Part shown: positions 38,135 to 47,845 of the stretch, piece after piece
Layout: every line of letters begins with the position of its first letter
Position numbering within the stretch: position 1 is the first letter of the stretch
Origin: Thermotogota bacterium
GTDB lineage: Bacteria > Thermotogota > Thermotogae > MWEM01
Reading direction: 5' to 3'
DNA: 64,000 bases
Assembly (NCBI GenBank): GCA_036743375.1
Contig: DAINPP010000001.1
Location: 80,154-144,153 of the forward strand
Made by a program: the position numbers and the translations under genes
Notes under the pieces: generated by a model
Told to the model about the DNA's origin: nothing
Databases searched by the model: none
Seen by the model: the letters and a program-made list of their open reading frames with translations, nothing else

Positions 38135-39043
38135 TTATAAGATTCCTATCTCAGAAAGAAATTTTTTGCATTTATCAAAATATTTTTCCCTGTTTATCTT
38201 GTAAGAATCGGCATGTTTCCCCTGTTCTACAAGAAGAAGATCCCGTTTACCATGTGTTTTTTCATTGTATAAATCTACAGACATAGAATAGGGAACCATA
38301 TAATCCCGTTTACCGTGCACAAATAAGATCGGAACATCTATATTCCGTATTATTTTTTTTATAGACACCTTTTTTATTGGCAAATTTGACGTTATTTTCA
38401 TAAAAAGGTTAATGAGGGGTAGGAAAAATAATGGGACAAGATGCAATCGCTTGAAATTCTTTCTAAAAAGTAACCTGAGATCTGAAAAGGCACTATCGGC
38501 TATAAGGAAGGATGTTCTTTTATCTATTTCCGCATGCTGTAAGGCAATTACGGCACCCAGTGATTCACCATGAACACCTAAAAGGCTGCCGTGTCCAAAC
38601 CTTTCAAAGGCAAAATCGCATATTTTCTTAAGATCATATCTTTCATAAATTCCGTATGTACATTTTTTCCCCCCTGATTTTCCGTGCCCCCTGTGATCAT
38701 AAAGAATAATATTAAATCCAAGCTTGTAAAAATCTACAACATACTTCATAGAACCCCATAAAGACCAGGTAATTCCATGAGAAAAGACTATAATTTTACT
38801 ACTCCCGGGATGGGGATATACAAAACCGTGTAGTTTATAGCCATAATCCGAATCGATATAGAATTCCTCATTTTGAAGTGAGAATATCGTTTTAATATCC
38901 AGATTATCCACTTGTATAGAGACTTTTTTAGTCAGTTCATATTTCCTCACTCTGGGATTCACATACCGAAATGCCAGATATCCTATAAAAAGAATATCCA
39001 GGATTAAAAATATGATTATATACAGCACACTGATGTCCTCCAA
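38135..39043 (-). CDS. Alpha/beta-fold hydrolase
   Basis: N-terminal TM anchor. Nucleophile elbow GESLG and an HG oxyanion region (VFSHG). Confidence 0.75.
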   Translation of the reverse strand: MEDISVLYIIIFLILDILFIGYLAFRYVNPRVRKYELTKKVSIQVDNLDIKTIFSLQNEEFYIDSDYGYKLHGFVYPHPGSSKIIVFSHGITWSLWGSMKYVVDFYKLGFNIILYDHRGHGKSGGKKCTYGIYERYDLKKICDFAFERFGHGSLLGVHGESLGAVIALQHAEIDKRTSFLIADSAFSDLRLLFRKNFKRLHLVPLFFLPLINLFMKITSNLPIKKVSIKKIIRNIDVPILFVHGKRDYMVPYSMSVDLYNEKTHGKRDLLLVEQGKHADSYKINREKYFDKCKKFLSEIGIL

Positions 39044-39045
39044 AG

Positions 39046-39086
39046 ATAAAAACCTTAAATCCGATAATAAATTTAAGGTTTTTATT
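39046..39086. terminator. Bidirectional intrinsic terminator downstream of etfA
   Basis: Perfect 11-bp stem AAACCTTAAAT/ATTTAAGGTTT flanked by an A-run and a T-run. Confidence 0.65.
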
Positions 39087-39124
39087 GAATCACTTAATGG
39101 AATAGAATAGAGATAAAGAACTTG

Positions 39125-40117
39125 TTAACTATCAGCCTCAAGTCGCTTGATCATTTCCGGAATAATCTTATGAACATCCCCCACTATGGCAAGATCGGCA
39201 ATCTTCATAATTGGTGCATCCTCATTTTTATTGATGGCTATTATAAAATCACTTTCCTGCATCCCTGCTATATGCTGTAAGGCACCAGAAATACCACAAG
39301 CGATATATAGTCTTGGTCTGACGGTTTTACCAGTTTGTCCAACCTGATGACTCTTATCAATCCACCCCTGATCAATGACCGGCCTTGAAGCGGCAACCGT
39401 TCCATCAAGCAGTTCGGCAAGTTTCTTCAGCATATCAAAACCGGCTTTACCACCCATACCCCTTCCACCGGCGATTAAAACCTTGGCTTCGGAGATATTG
39501 GCCGTTTCCTTCTTTTGTTTCACCTGCTCAAGAATCTTCCCCCTTACCTTTGTCAGATCGGCAGTGGAAATAAACATCTCCGGGTTGGTAAAGGGTCCTT
39601 CTTTTTTTTCACCTTTTGAAAATACCCCTGGTCTAACGGTTGCCATCTGTGGTCTGTGATTTTCACAAGTAATGGTTGCCATCAGATTACCGCCAAAAGC
39701 AGGCCTTGTCATTAACAGAAGTCCATCTTCATCAAATTCCAATTCTGTACAATCTGCTGTTAATCCCGTCCTGTTTCTTGCCGCAAGTCGCGGGGCAAGA
39801 TCTCTCCCCTGTGGTGTTGCACCGATAAACACAACATCAGGTTTGAACTTGTCAAAAAACTCTGAAATAACAGTCGTATAAGCATCCGTATTGTAATATT
39901 GAAAGGCTTCGTTCTCTACGTAATACACTTTATCTATATCATAACGGGCAACTTCCTCCGCAATCTTTTTGGTGGAAGATCCTATCAGCAATGCATAAAC
40001 ATCGTGACCATGCACTTTGGATAATTCTCGTGATTTTTGAATCAATTCAAGTGTCACATGATTCAAGATTCCATCTTTCTGCTCACCCACAACCAGTATC
40101 ATTTTATTCTGATTCAT
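39125..40117 (-). CDS. etfA: Electron transfer flavoprotein alpha subunit
   Basis: FAD-binding C-terminal domain (PRLYIACGISGALQHIAGM). Confidence 0.9.
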   Translation of the reverse strand: MNQNKMILVVGEQKDGILNHVTLELIQKSRELSKVHGHDVYALLIGSSTKKIAEEVARYDIDKVYYVENEAFQYYNTDAYTTVISEFFDKFKPDVVFIGATPQGRDLAPRLAARNRTGLTADCTELEFDEDGLLLMTRPAFGGNLMATITCENHRPQMATVRPGVFSKGEKKEGPFTNPEMFISTADLTKVRGKILEQVKQKKETANISEAKVLIAGGRGMGGKAGFDMLKKLAELLDGTVAASRPVIDQGWIDKSHQVGQTGKTVRPRLYIACGISGALQHIAGMQESDFIIAINKNEDAPIMKIADLAIVGDVHKIIPEMIKRLEADS

Positions 40118-40917
40118 GAAATCACCTCTGAACTGATCAGTTTCTTTTCATTCAGTTTCTTTAAAAGAATGTCTACAGCCTCTTTCGGATTTGTCTTAAT
40201 AATCTCGCCGGCACCGCCTATTTCTCGAGTTCTTGACTTTCGAACCTTCGTAGGAGATCCTTTTAATCCCAACTGAGATAGATCAACGTCAAGATCTTCA
40301 GCCTTTAATATTTCTATTTCCTTTTCAAAGACATTAAAAATAAGAGAGGGCTTCATATATCTTGGCGTATTTAATTCTTTTATAGCGGTAATCAGTATTG
40401 GCATCTGATATTCTACAATCTCAAATCCATCATCCAGCATTCTTTCAACCTGAATTGTCTTTTCATCGTTGATAACTATGTTTTTCGCGTAGGTTGCCTG
40501 CGGGATATTCAAATGTTCTGCAATTTCAGGTCCAACCTGTGCCGTATCTCCATCAATTGCCTGTCTCCCCGCAAGAATCAAATCATAGTCATATTTCTTG
40601 ATTGCCGCAGCAAGCGTCAAGGATGTGGATAACGTATCAGCACCGGCAAATTTTGCATCCGACAACAGAACGGCTTTATCCGCCCCCATTGCCATCGCCT
40701 CATACAATGCATTCTTTGCCTGTGGAGGCCCCATTGTAATAACGGTGATTTCGGCTCCCCTCTCTTCTTTTATTTTCAAAGCCGCTTCCAAAGCATTTTT
40801 ATCTTCAGGATTAATAATGGTGGGGATACCATTCCTGATCAAAGTCCCTGTCTCTTTATCGATTTTAACTTCCGTTGTATCCGGAACCTGTTTTATACAT
40901 ACAATTATTTTCAACAT
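40114..40917 (-). CDS. etfB: Electron transfer flavoprotein beta subunit
   Basis: MLKIIVCIKQVPDT start typical of EtfB. Confidence 0.9.
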   Translation of the reverse strand: MLKIIVCIKQVPDTTEVKIDKETGTLIRNGIPTIINPEDKNALEAALKIKEERGAEITVITMGPPQAKNALYEAMAMGADKAVLLSDAKFAGADTLSTSLTLAAAIKKYDYDLILAGRQAIDGDTAQVGPEIAEHLNIPQATYAKNIVINDEKTIQVERMLDDGFEIVEYQMPILITAIKELNTPRYMKPSLIFNVFEKEIEILKAEDLDVDLSQLGLKGSPTKVRKSRTREIGGAGEIIKTNPKEAVDILLKKLNEKKLISSEVIS

Positions 40918-40931
40918 AAAAAATCTCCTCC

Positions 40932-42059
40932 TTATGAAAGTGCACTTGATGCAATAATCATTTTTTGAACTTCTGAAGTCCCTTCATAGATTTCAGTAAT
41001 CTTTGCATCCCTGAACATTCTTTCAACAGGATAATCTTTTGTATAACCATATCCTCCAAATATCTGTATGGCCTTTGTCGTAACATCCATAGCCGTTTCA
41101 GCGGAAAAGAGTTTGGCCCTCGCCGCTTCTACGGAAAACCGTTCTCCTGAAACCTTTTTCATGACAGCCCTTTTTACTAATTCTCTTGTAGCGGCGATTT
41201 TAACATCCATATCGGCAATCATCCACTGCAGTCCCTGAAATTTTGCAATAGATCTTCCAAATTGTTTTCTTTCTTTCATATAATTTACCGCTTCCTCAAA
41301 AGCACCTTCCGCAATCCCGAGCGCCTGAGCCGCAATACTGATTCTTCCACTATCAAGTGTCTTCATGGCAATCCCGAAGCCTTTTCCCTCCTTGCCAAGG
41401 AGATTTTCTACAGGGACCTCACAATCCTGAAAAATCAGTTCCGCTGTCGATGAAGCCCTGATCCCAAGTTTTTCTTCTATCTTTCCTACCTCAAATCCCG
41501 GAAATTTCTTTTCAACAATAAAGGCACTTATCCCCCTCGTTCCCTTTTCCGGTTCGGTCATGGCAAAAACAGTAAAGACATCAGCTGAAGCACCGTTCGT
41601 GATAAATATCTTGTTGCCGTTTAATATATACTTATCCCCTTTTTTCACGGCTGTGGTCTGTTGCCCGGAGGCATCAGTCCCTGCGTTTGGTTCCGTCAAG
41701 GCAAATCCACCTATCATTTTACCTTGTGCAAGCGGAATCAGATACTTTTCCTTTTGTTCATGCGTCCCGAATTCATTAATACTCCCTGCACCGAGAGATG
41801 TATGAGCCGCAAGGATAACTCCCGTCGTTGCACAGTACTTACTGAACTCTGTAACGGTCATGATATAGGAATACACATCACCACCGGCTCCTCCGTATCT
41901 CTTTTCAAACGGGATACCCATCAATCCATTTTCCGCCATTTTTCTGACAGTGTTAAGTGGAAATTCTTCTGTTTCATCTATTTCCGCTGCATAAGGTTGA
42001 ATTTCATTTTTTGCAAATTCTTCAATCATTTGTTTAAACAAAATCTGTTCCTGTGTCAT
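40932..42059 (-). CDS. bcd: Acyl-CoA dehydrogenase (butyryl-CoA dehydrogenase-like)
   Basis: ACAD fold motifs (GFALTEPNAGTDASG, catalytic YEGTSEVQ near the C-terminus). Upstream of etfBA. Confidence 0.9.
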   Translation of the reverse strand: MTQEQILFKQMIEEFAKNEIQPYAAEIDETEEFPLNTVRKMAENGLMGIPFEKRYGGAGGDVYSYIMTVTEFSKYCATTGVILAAHTSLGAGSINEFGTHEQKEKYLIPLAQGKMIGGFALTEPNAGTDASGQQTTAVKKGDKYILNGNKIFITNGASADVFTVFAMTEPEKGTRGISAFIVEKKFPGFEVGKIEEKLGIRASSTAELIFQDCEVPVENLLGKEGKGFGIAMKTLDSGRISIAAQALGIAEGAFEEAVNYMKERKQFGRSIAKFQGLQWMIADMDVKIAATRELVKRAVMKKVSGERFSVEAARAKLFSAETAMDVTTKAIQIFGGYGYTKDYPVERMFRDAKITEIYEGTSEVQKMIIASSALS

Positions 42060-42214
42060 AATAACCTCCTTTAATCAATATCCATTTTTCTATTTATATT
42101 TTAGCACTTTCTCATTGATATATTTTTCACAATATGTGAATAAAATATTTTGTATGTTAGAATGGTTTGGAATAATAGAGGAAGACATTTTCTAAAACAA
42201 ATTGGGGGGGAAAT

Positions 42215-43198
42215 ATGAAAATTTCAATATTAGGATTTGGAAGCTGGGGAACCGCTATTTCACAGGTACTCGCTAATAACGGCCACTCGATATCTGCCTG
42301 GACTGTTGATGAAAGGATCGTTGAGAGTATGAAATGGCATGAGAATCCATATTATTTTCCCAGGAAGAAATTATCCGAAAATATTACTGTATCTACCGAT
42401 CTGAACAGAGTCTGTAAAGATTCAGAGATGATAGTCATCGCAGTACCCACTCAGGCAATCAGAGAAATCATAAAAAGAATAACAGATGATTCACAAGTTA
42501 TCGTGAGCCTTTCCAAGGGAATAGAGATTAATTCGGGTCGATTGATTCATCAGATTATAGCTGAAGAGCTTCATATAACAGAACGTTATGTTGCCCTATC
42601 GGGTCCGACGCATGCCGAAGAGGTCATGGTAGAAATACCGACAAATATCGTTGCCGCCGGAACTGATGAAAAAACGTTGACACTGGTTCAGAACACATTC
42701 GGAAATGACTTTTTCAGAGTGTATACGAATGACGACATACTCGGAGTAGAATTGTGTGGTGCACTGAAAAACATATATGCCATCGCCGCCGGAGTGATTG
42801 ACGGATTGGGCCCATGGGATAATACGAAAGCGGCATTGATTACAAGGGCTGTCATGGAGATCAGGAGATTTGGCGAACATCTCGGTGCTCGTCGAGAAAC
42901 CTTCCTCGGACTGGCAGGTGTAGGGGATATGATAGTAACCTGTACGAGTAAACACAGTAGAAACAGATATGTTGGGGAGCATTTGGGAAGGGGGGGAACA
43001 ATAGAAGCCATTCTTAAAGATATGAATATGGTCGCGGAAGGTGTCTATACTTCGCTCGCTTTAAAAAGGATGCTTGAACGGCAGCCGGTGGAGATGCCTA
43101 TCGCAGAAAAGATTTATGAGGTAATCCATGAAGGAAAAAATCCGAAAGAAGCCATACAGGAGCTGATGAATAGATGTCCAAAACCGGAATTCTGGTGA
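42215..43198 (+). CDS. gpsA: NAD(P)H-dependent glycerol-3-phosphate dehydrogenase
   Basis: MKISILGFGSWGTA Rossmann start and conserved GpsA C-terminal domain. Confidence 0.9.
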   Translation: MKISILGFGSWGTAISQVLANNGHSISAWTVDERIVESMKWHENPYYFPRKKLSENITVSTDLNRVCKDSEMIVIAVPTQAIREIIKRITDDSQVIVSLSKGIEINSGRLIHQIIAEELHITERYVALSGPTHAEEVMVEIPTNIVAAGTDEKTLTLVQNTFGNDFFRVYTNDDILGVELCGALKNIYAIAAGVIDGLGPWDNTKAALITRAVMEIRRFGEHLGARRETFLGLAGVGDMIVTCTSKHSRNRYVGEHLGRGGTIEAILKDMNMVAEGVYTSLALKRMLERQPVEMPIAEKIYEVIHEGKNPKEAIQELMNRCPKPEFW

Positions 43199-43309
43199 TA
43201 ACAGCCTCTCTCCAAATCTATTCCCATTACCTGAGGCGGAGACGTCTTACCGCTCATGCTCCAGGTTAATGATCCTATAGAATTCCTTCGAGATCATCAG
43301 ATCAAAAGA

Positions 43310-44032
43310 CTATTTCACGTTCGGGACAAACAGTTTCTGTAGCTCATCTTCGTTTATTTCCCTGTACTCTCCCGGATGCAATGTCTCATCAAGCATCAGA
43401 TCTCCTATTGACTGTCGGTGCAGCGTTAGCACCTCTGAACCGACCGCTTGAAACATCCTTTTCACCTGATGGTATTTACCTTCTGTTATCCCAATTAATA
43501 CCTTAAAATTGCCCTTAGCTTCATCCTTCAATTCAAAGTGGGTAACGGGCTTTGTTACATATCCATTTTCTATTTCTATCCCTTTAAAAAAAAGCGCCGT
43601 TTTCTTCAGATCAAATGGTAATACTTCTGCAATATATAACTTTTGCACCTCTTTTTTTGGAGAAATAATCCGGTGCACCAACTGACCATCAGTAGATAAT
43701 ATCAGCAAGCCCGTCGTATCCGCATCAAGCCTACCCGCTATACTATAATCCGGATGCGGAAAAGAGAGAAGTTCCATTACAGACGGATACTCTCCGTCAT
43801 CTTCGTTTGAAGATAAATATCCCGATGGTTTATTCATCATGAGGGTACTCTGAGTAATCACCGAAACTAACTCGGAATCTATAGAAATACGACTCTCCGG
43901 TATTATTTTCAATCCGGGATCAGTCACCAGTTTCCCATCACAACTTACCCTCTTTTGTCTGATCAACGTTTTGATCTCTTTTCTCGAGCCATAGCCCGCA
44001 TTTGATAAATGTTTGTCTATTCTTATTACCAA
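43310..44032 (-). CDS. rsuA: RsuA/RluB-family rRNA pseudouridine synthase
   Basis: S4 domain at the N-terminus and catalytic GRLDADTTGLLILS. Confidence 0.8.
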   Translation of the reverse strand: MVIRIDKHLSNAGYGSRKEIKTLIRQKRVSCDGKLVTDPGLKIIPESRISIDSELVSVITQSTLMMNKPSGYLSSNEDDGEYPSVMELLSFPHPDYSIAGRLDADTTGLLILSTDGQLVHRIISPKKEVQKLYIAEVLPFDLKKTALFFKGIEIENGYVTKPVTHFELKDEAKGNFKVLIGITEGKYHQVKRMFQAVGSEVLTLHRQSIGDLMLDETLHPGEYREINEDELQKLFVPNVK

Positions 44033-44895
44033 TTTTTTTTACCCCTCGCCGTATATATCCCTTTACAGATCAGTCTTATTCTTTCCAAAACAAACTCCTC
44101 ATCCGAATGAACAAGATACCCAGTCTTAAACATCGCCAACTCAATCAGACGTGGATCATCTATGAATACTGCCGCTTTATCTTCTAATTTCATCCTTAAG
44201 GGCTCGGAAAATATCTCGTAATCCTCATAAGTTCCAAGCGCTTTAAGTTGAACGATTGTATTAAGCAGAATTTCCTCCCTTAATGCCAGAAATCTATCCT
44301 CATCGACAATCCAGGACCAGGGTAATTCTTTCAGCATCGTTCTATTATATACATTCGCCCTGAAATCATCGATCACAGGAAGGGCCAAAGAAAGAAGACG
44401 ATACTCGGAATATTCACGATTATCCGTAAATATCGCCGGAAAAACCTTCCTGAATTTCAAATTGTCTATAAAGGCATCATCCAATCCATACTTCGCACTT
44501 AAAACAGGAAAGACACCTCCCGCTAAAAGGCCATTGGCTACGGCTTCAACGATCTGAGCACATTGATAGGAACTAATAGAAAAAAAGGGGGCTATCGTCT
44601 CATTAAAATTACCCTCTACGTTGAGCACCGTCAGATCAAGCGGTTCTGCATAACCAATCACACAGGCATCTGCCCCGTTGGTTTTGGTGATTGTAGAGAG
44701 AAAGAGTCCATACTCAAAAAGAAGAGCCTCATCACTTACACTTCCGATACAGAAAGGGGTAACATCCTTCATCAGCTCTTCATAACGGGGAAGTAAGATC
44801 CTGTAGCCGTCAGCAGTAACATATATGTCTTCAGCACCTGCTATACAACCTATCGGGAAAAACATGACAAAGAGCATGAAAAACACCGTCTTCAT
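44026..44895 (-). CDS. Putative lipoprotein (hypothetical). Start placed at the internal ATG.
   Basis: From the internal ATG at 44895 the N-terminus reads MKTVFFMLFVMFFPIGCIAG, a lipobox-like signal. The longer ORF to 45006 would overlap the upstream HAD gene by 176 nt. Confidence 0.45.
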   Translation of the reverse strand: MKTVFFMLFVMFFPIGCIAGAEDIYVTADGYRILLPRYEELMKDVTPFCIGSVSDEALLFEYGLFLSTITKTNGADACVIGYAEPLDLTVLNVEGNFNETIAPFFSISSYQCAQIVEAVANGLLAGGVFPVLSAKYGLDDAFIDNLKFRKVFPAIFTDNREYSEYRLLSLALPVIDDFRANVYNRTMLKELPWSWIVDEDRFLALREEILLNTIVQLKALGTYEDYEIFSEPLRMKLEDKAAVFIDDPRLIELAMFKTGYLVHSDEEFVLERIRLICKGIYTARGKKNW

Positions 44896-45658
44896 TGTTG
44901 GTTTTCTCAAGCGTATACGAAGCTGCTTTTTTAAGTTTGTCCGTCGCATTTCCCATGGCAATCGAGTATCCAACCACTTCAAAGGCAAAGACATCATTAT
45001 CACCATCTCCGATCATTATTGTCTCTTGAGGATCAAGATCATAGTATTTCAACAGTTCCAATATGGCTATTCCTTTATTGGTCTTTTTAGGGATGTAGTC
45101 AAGATAAGTAGAAAAGGATTTAAAAATGTTTACATCTTTACCAAAGCGTTCCTGACTGCCTGATTCTACCTGTTCCAGAAATTCCCCATTGCCTATTGCA
45201 AGAATTTTATCCGTTCTGCCTCTCTTTTCTATTTCACCGACAAGATCCTCAACAACCACATAATCCATTCCAGAATGGATCGAATACCGTCTGATTAATT
45301 CGTTATCCTCTTCCACGATTATCTGATCATCTATATAGATCTGCCTGTGGCAGTTAAGATCGCGAAGATATTTGATTATTTTTACCGCATATGGGTCTTC
45401 TATGTACTCATGGAATATTTCTCTCTTTTCATCGGGTAAGTAGATGATACTGCCGTTGTAACCGATTATCGGGAAATGAACAGAAAAATATTTATCGATT
45501 ATCTTCTGTGCGGATGACAACATTCTCCCCGTACAGATAAATACATTCTTACCGGAGTTCCTCAGCTCTTCAATCGCGTTAGCCGTTTTTCCTGAAACGG
45601 TCAATTCATCAGTCAGTATCGTCCCATCAATATCAAGTACAATCGTCTCGTATTGCAA
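44831..45658 (-). CDS. Cof-type HAD-IIB phosphatase
   Basis: DxDGT motif (VLDIDGTIL) and GDGDNDVF motif. Confidence 0.8.
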   Translation of the reverse strand: MQYETIVLDIDGTILTDELTVSGKTANAIEELRNSGKNVFICTGRMLSSAQKIIDKYFSVHFPIIGYNGSIIYLPDEKREIFHEYIEDPYAVKIIKYLRDLNCHRQIYIDDQIIVEEDNELIRRYSIHSGMDYVVVEDLVGEIEKRGRTDKILAIGNGEFLEQVESGSQERFGKDVNIFKSFSTYLDYIPKKTNKGIAILELLKYYDLDPQETIMIGDGDNDVFAFEVVGYSIAMGNATDKLKKAASYTLEKTNNEDGVFHALCHVFPDRLYSRC

Positions 45659-45722
45659 TATGTTTTCCTCTCTTTCATTTTATCCGGTCGACTTCTCTCT
45701 TCAATTATCATTTAATCCTTCT

Positions 45723-47636
45723 TTATCCGATTAATTCTTTTATTTGTCCGATAATCTTCTCACAGGTCAGTCCAGTTTCCTCCAGTAATTCATTCCTGGT
45801 TCCATGTGTAATAAATCCCTCAATCGCAATAATCCTGCTATCAGAAATCCTATCTCTAAACCTTGTATTTAAACATGAAATTAAATGCTCTCCAAATCCC
45901 CCAGTCCGGACACCTTCTTCGACTGTTACAATATACTTCCGATTTCTTGTTATAAACAGAGATTCAATCGTCGCTTCGTCAAAAGGTTTTACTGAACTGA
46001 CTTTAATAAGTTTAAACGGAAATTCAAATCGATCGATCTGTCCTTTAATTATATTGTACATAGTGCCAACCGTAAAGATCAGAATCTCTACCGCTTCAGT
46101 CCGAACACCAAATTCTTCCACTTCCCAATGATACGGATCTGTCCGACGGTTTTCAACTATCAAATCTTCTATTTCAGCATATGAAAAAGATTCTTTTTCT
46201 CTCGGATATCTGATGAAAACTGGTCGTTTTACATTCCATGATCCGTTGAGCAGAAAATTCATTATTTCCACAAGATTTCCGATAGAATTCGGCGCTATCA
46301 CTTCAATTTGAGGAATCGGATTCAACATGGCAAGATCAAACGTTCCATGATGCGTAGGTCCATCACTTCCTACAAGTCCCGCCCGATCAATTCCAACAAG
46401 TAAGGGAATCTTTTGTAAAGCAATATCATGAATAATCTGATCATAAGAACGTTGGAGAAAGGTGGAATATACCGCATATACCGGATGATATCCCTTCAAC
46501 GCCATGGCCCCGGCAAAAGTCAACGAGCTCTGCTCTGTAATTCCCAAATCAAAAAATCTCCCATTGTCCAACTTTTTAAAATGGTAAAGTCCCGTTCCTA
46601 TATCCATTGCAGAAGTAATCACGACAAGCTTCTCATCTTTTTCTGCATATCTTGACAGGGTATACCCAAAGGCATCACTGAAGGATAATTTCTTTTCCTT
46701 ATCCTTAGATTCTCCATTCTTTTTTTCTATCGGACCTATTCCATGATATTTACTCGGTTTTCGTTCCGCATAATCAAGGCCATATCCTTTTCGGGTATGG
46801 ATATGTAAGACAACCGGTTTTTCATACCCTTCATTCAAATTCGAAAAGACCTTTATCAAGGCTTCCATATCGTGTCCGTCGATGGGTCCGAGATATTTAA
46901 ATCCCATCGCCTCAAAGATCGAAGTAGGAATAAGATTGTGTTTAAGACTGTTCCTCATCCATTCAAGCAAAGATTCGAGTCCCTTTAAATGGGTTTCAGT
47001 TAAAAAGGCCTTCATTTGCCTTTTAAAATTGTTGTAGCCCTTGCTTGTTCTGATCAAAGAAAGATTATTTGCAAATGAACCCACATTATCTGATATGGAC
47101 ATTCCATTATCATTTATGATAATTTTCATTTTACTATTCTGTCCAGTAACCTGATTAAGCGCTTCCAATGCATTTCCTGAAGTCAGCGCACCATCACCTA
47201 TCACCGAAATCACTTCTCCAGATTCATTATTTAATCTCTTTGCCCGATCGAATCCCAAAGCAGCTGCAATTGAAGTACCAACATGACCCGCACCAAATGA
47301 ATCAAATCTGCTTTCAAATATATTCGTATAACCGCTTAACCCATCTTTTTTTCTTATCGTTTTAAAGGCTTCTGCCCGTTCGGTAATAATTTTGTGTGCA
47401 TAAGTCTGATGTCCAGTATCCCAGACAAGAATATCCTTTTCGGGAAAGTCAAAAACATAATAAAGGGCAAGCGTCAATTCAACAGTGCCAAGATTTGAAG
47501 CAAGATGCCCACCATTATCACTGACAGTATCTATGATATAGTTCCTTATCTCATCGGCATACAGGTAAAGCTCTTCTATTGTAGCATCCTTTATTCTTCT
47601 GATAATATTCTCAGAACAGAGGATGTTATTCTTCAT
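45723..47636 (-). CDS. dxs: 1-deoxy-D-xylulose-5-phosphate synthase
   Basis: GGHLASNLGTVELTLALYYVF, TPP motif GDGALTSG, 637 aa. Confidence 0.95.
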   Translation of the reverse strand: MKNNILCSENIIRRIKDATIEELYLYADEIRNYIIDTVSDNGGHLASNLGTVELTLALYYVFDFPEKDILVWDTGHQTYAHKIITERAEAFKTIRKKDGLSGYTNIFESRFDSFGAGHVGTSIAAALGFDRAKRLNNESGEVISVIGDGALTSGNALEALNQVTGQNSKMKIIINDNGMSISDNVGSFANNLSLIRTSKGYNNFKRQMKAFLTETHLKGLESLLEWMRNSLKHNLIPTSIFEAMGFKYLGPIDGHDMEALIKVFSNLNEGYEKPVVLHIHTRKGYGLDYAERKPSKYHGIGPIEKKNGESKDKEKKLSFSDAFGYTLSRYAEKDEKLVVITSAMDIGTGLYHFKKLDNGRFFDLGITEQSSLTFAGAMALKGYHPVYAVYSTFLQRSYDQIIHDIALQKIPLLVGIDRAGLVGSDGPTHHGTFDLAMLNPIPQIEVIAPNSIGNLVEIMNFLLNGSWNVKRPVFIRYPREKESFSYAEIEDLIVENRRTDPYHWEVEEFGVRTEAVEILIFTVGTMYNIIKGQIDRFEFPFKLIKVSSVKPFDEATIESLFITRNRKYIVTVEEGVRTGGFGEHLISCLNTRFRDRISDSRIIAIEGFITHGTRNELLEETGLTCEKIIGQIKELIG

Positions 47637-47829
47637 TCTCTATATCTCTTTTTATTTCTTCAATCTTCAATTCAGACTCTTTCAGTTGTTTTTCCGCCTT
47701 TTGATACAATAATACAGCATCTTTATATTTTTTGATAGAATCCTCAAGAGGAATATCCTTATCTTCCATCTCCTCAACGAGCTTCTCCAGGTCAGAAATA
47801 ATCTCTTCTATTCTTTTTTTAGTCGCCAC
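47626..47829 (-). CDS. xseB: Exodeoxyribonuclease VII small subunit
   Basis: 67-aa helical protein in the conserved xseA-xseB-dxs context. IEEIISDLEKLVEEMEDKDIPLEDSIKKYKDAVLLYQKAEKQL motif. Confidence 0.8.
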   Translation of the reverse strand: MATKKRIEEIISDLEKLVEEMEDKDIPLEDSIKKYKDAVLLYQKAEKQLKESELKIEEIKRDIENEE

Positions 47830-47845
47830 GAAAATCCTCCCGGAA

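Noticed and set aside
39125-42059. bcd-etfBA as a special electron-bifurcating system
   Set aside because: The gene trio is typical of butyrate-type fermentations. Bifurcating versus non-bifurcating Etf cannot be decided without confirming the extra FAD-binding residues in EtfB.
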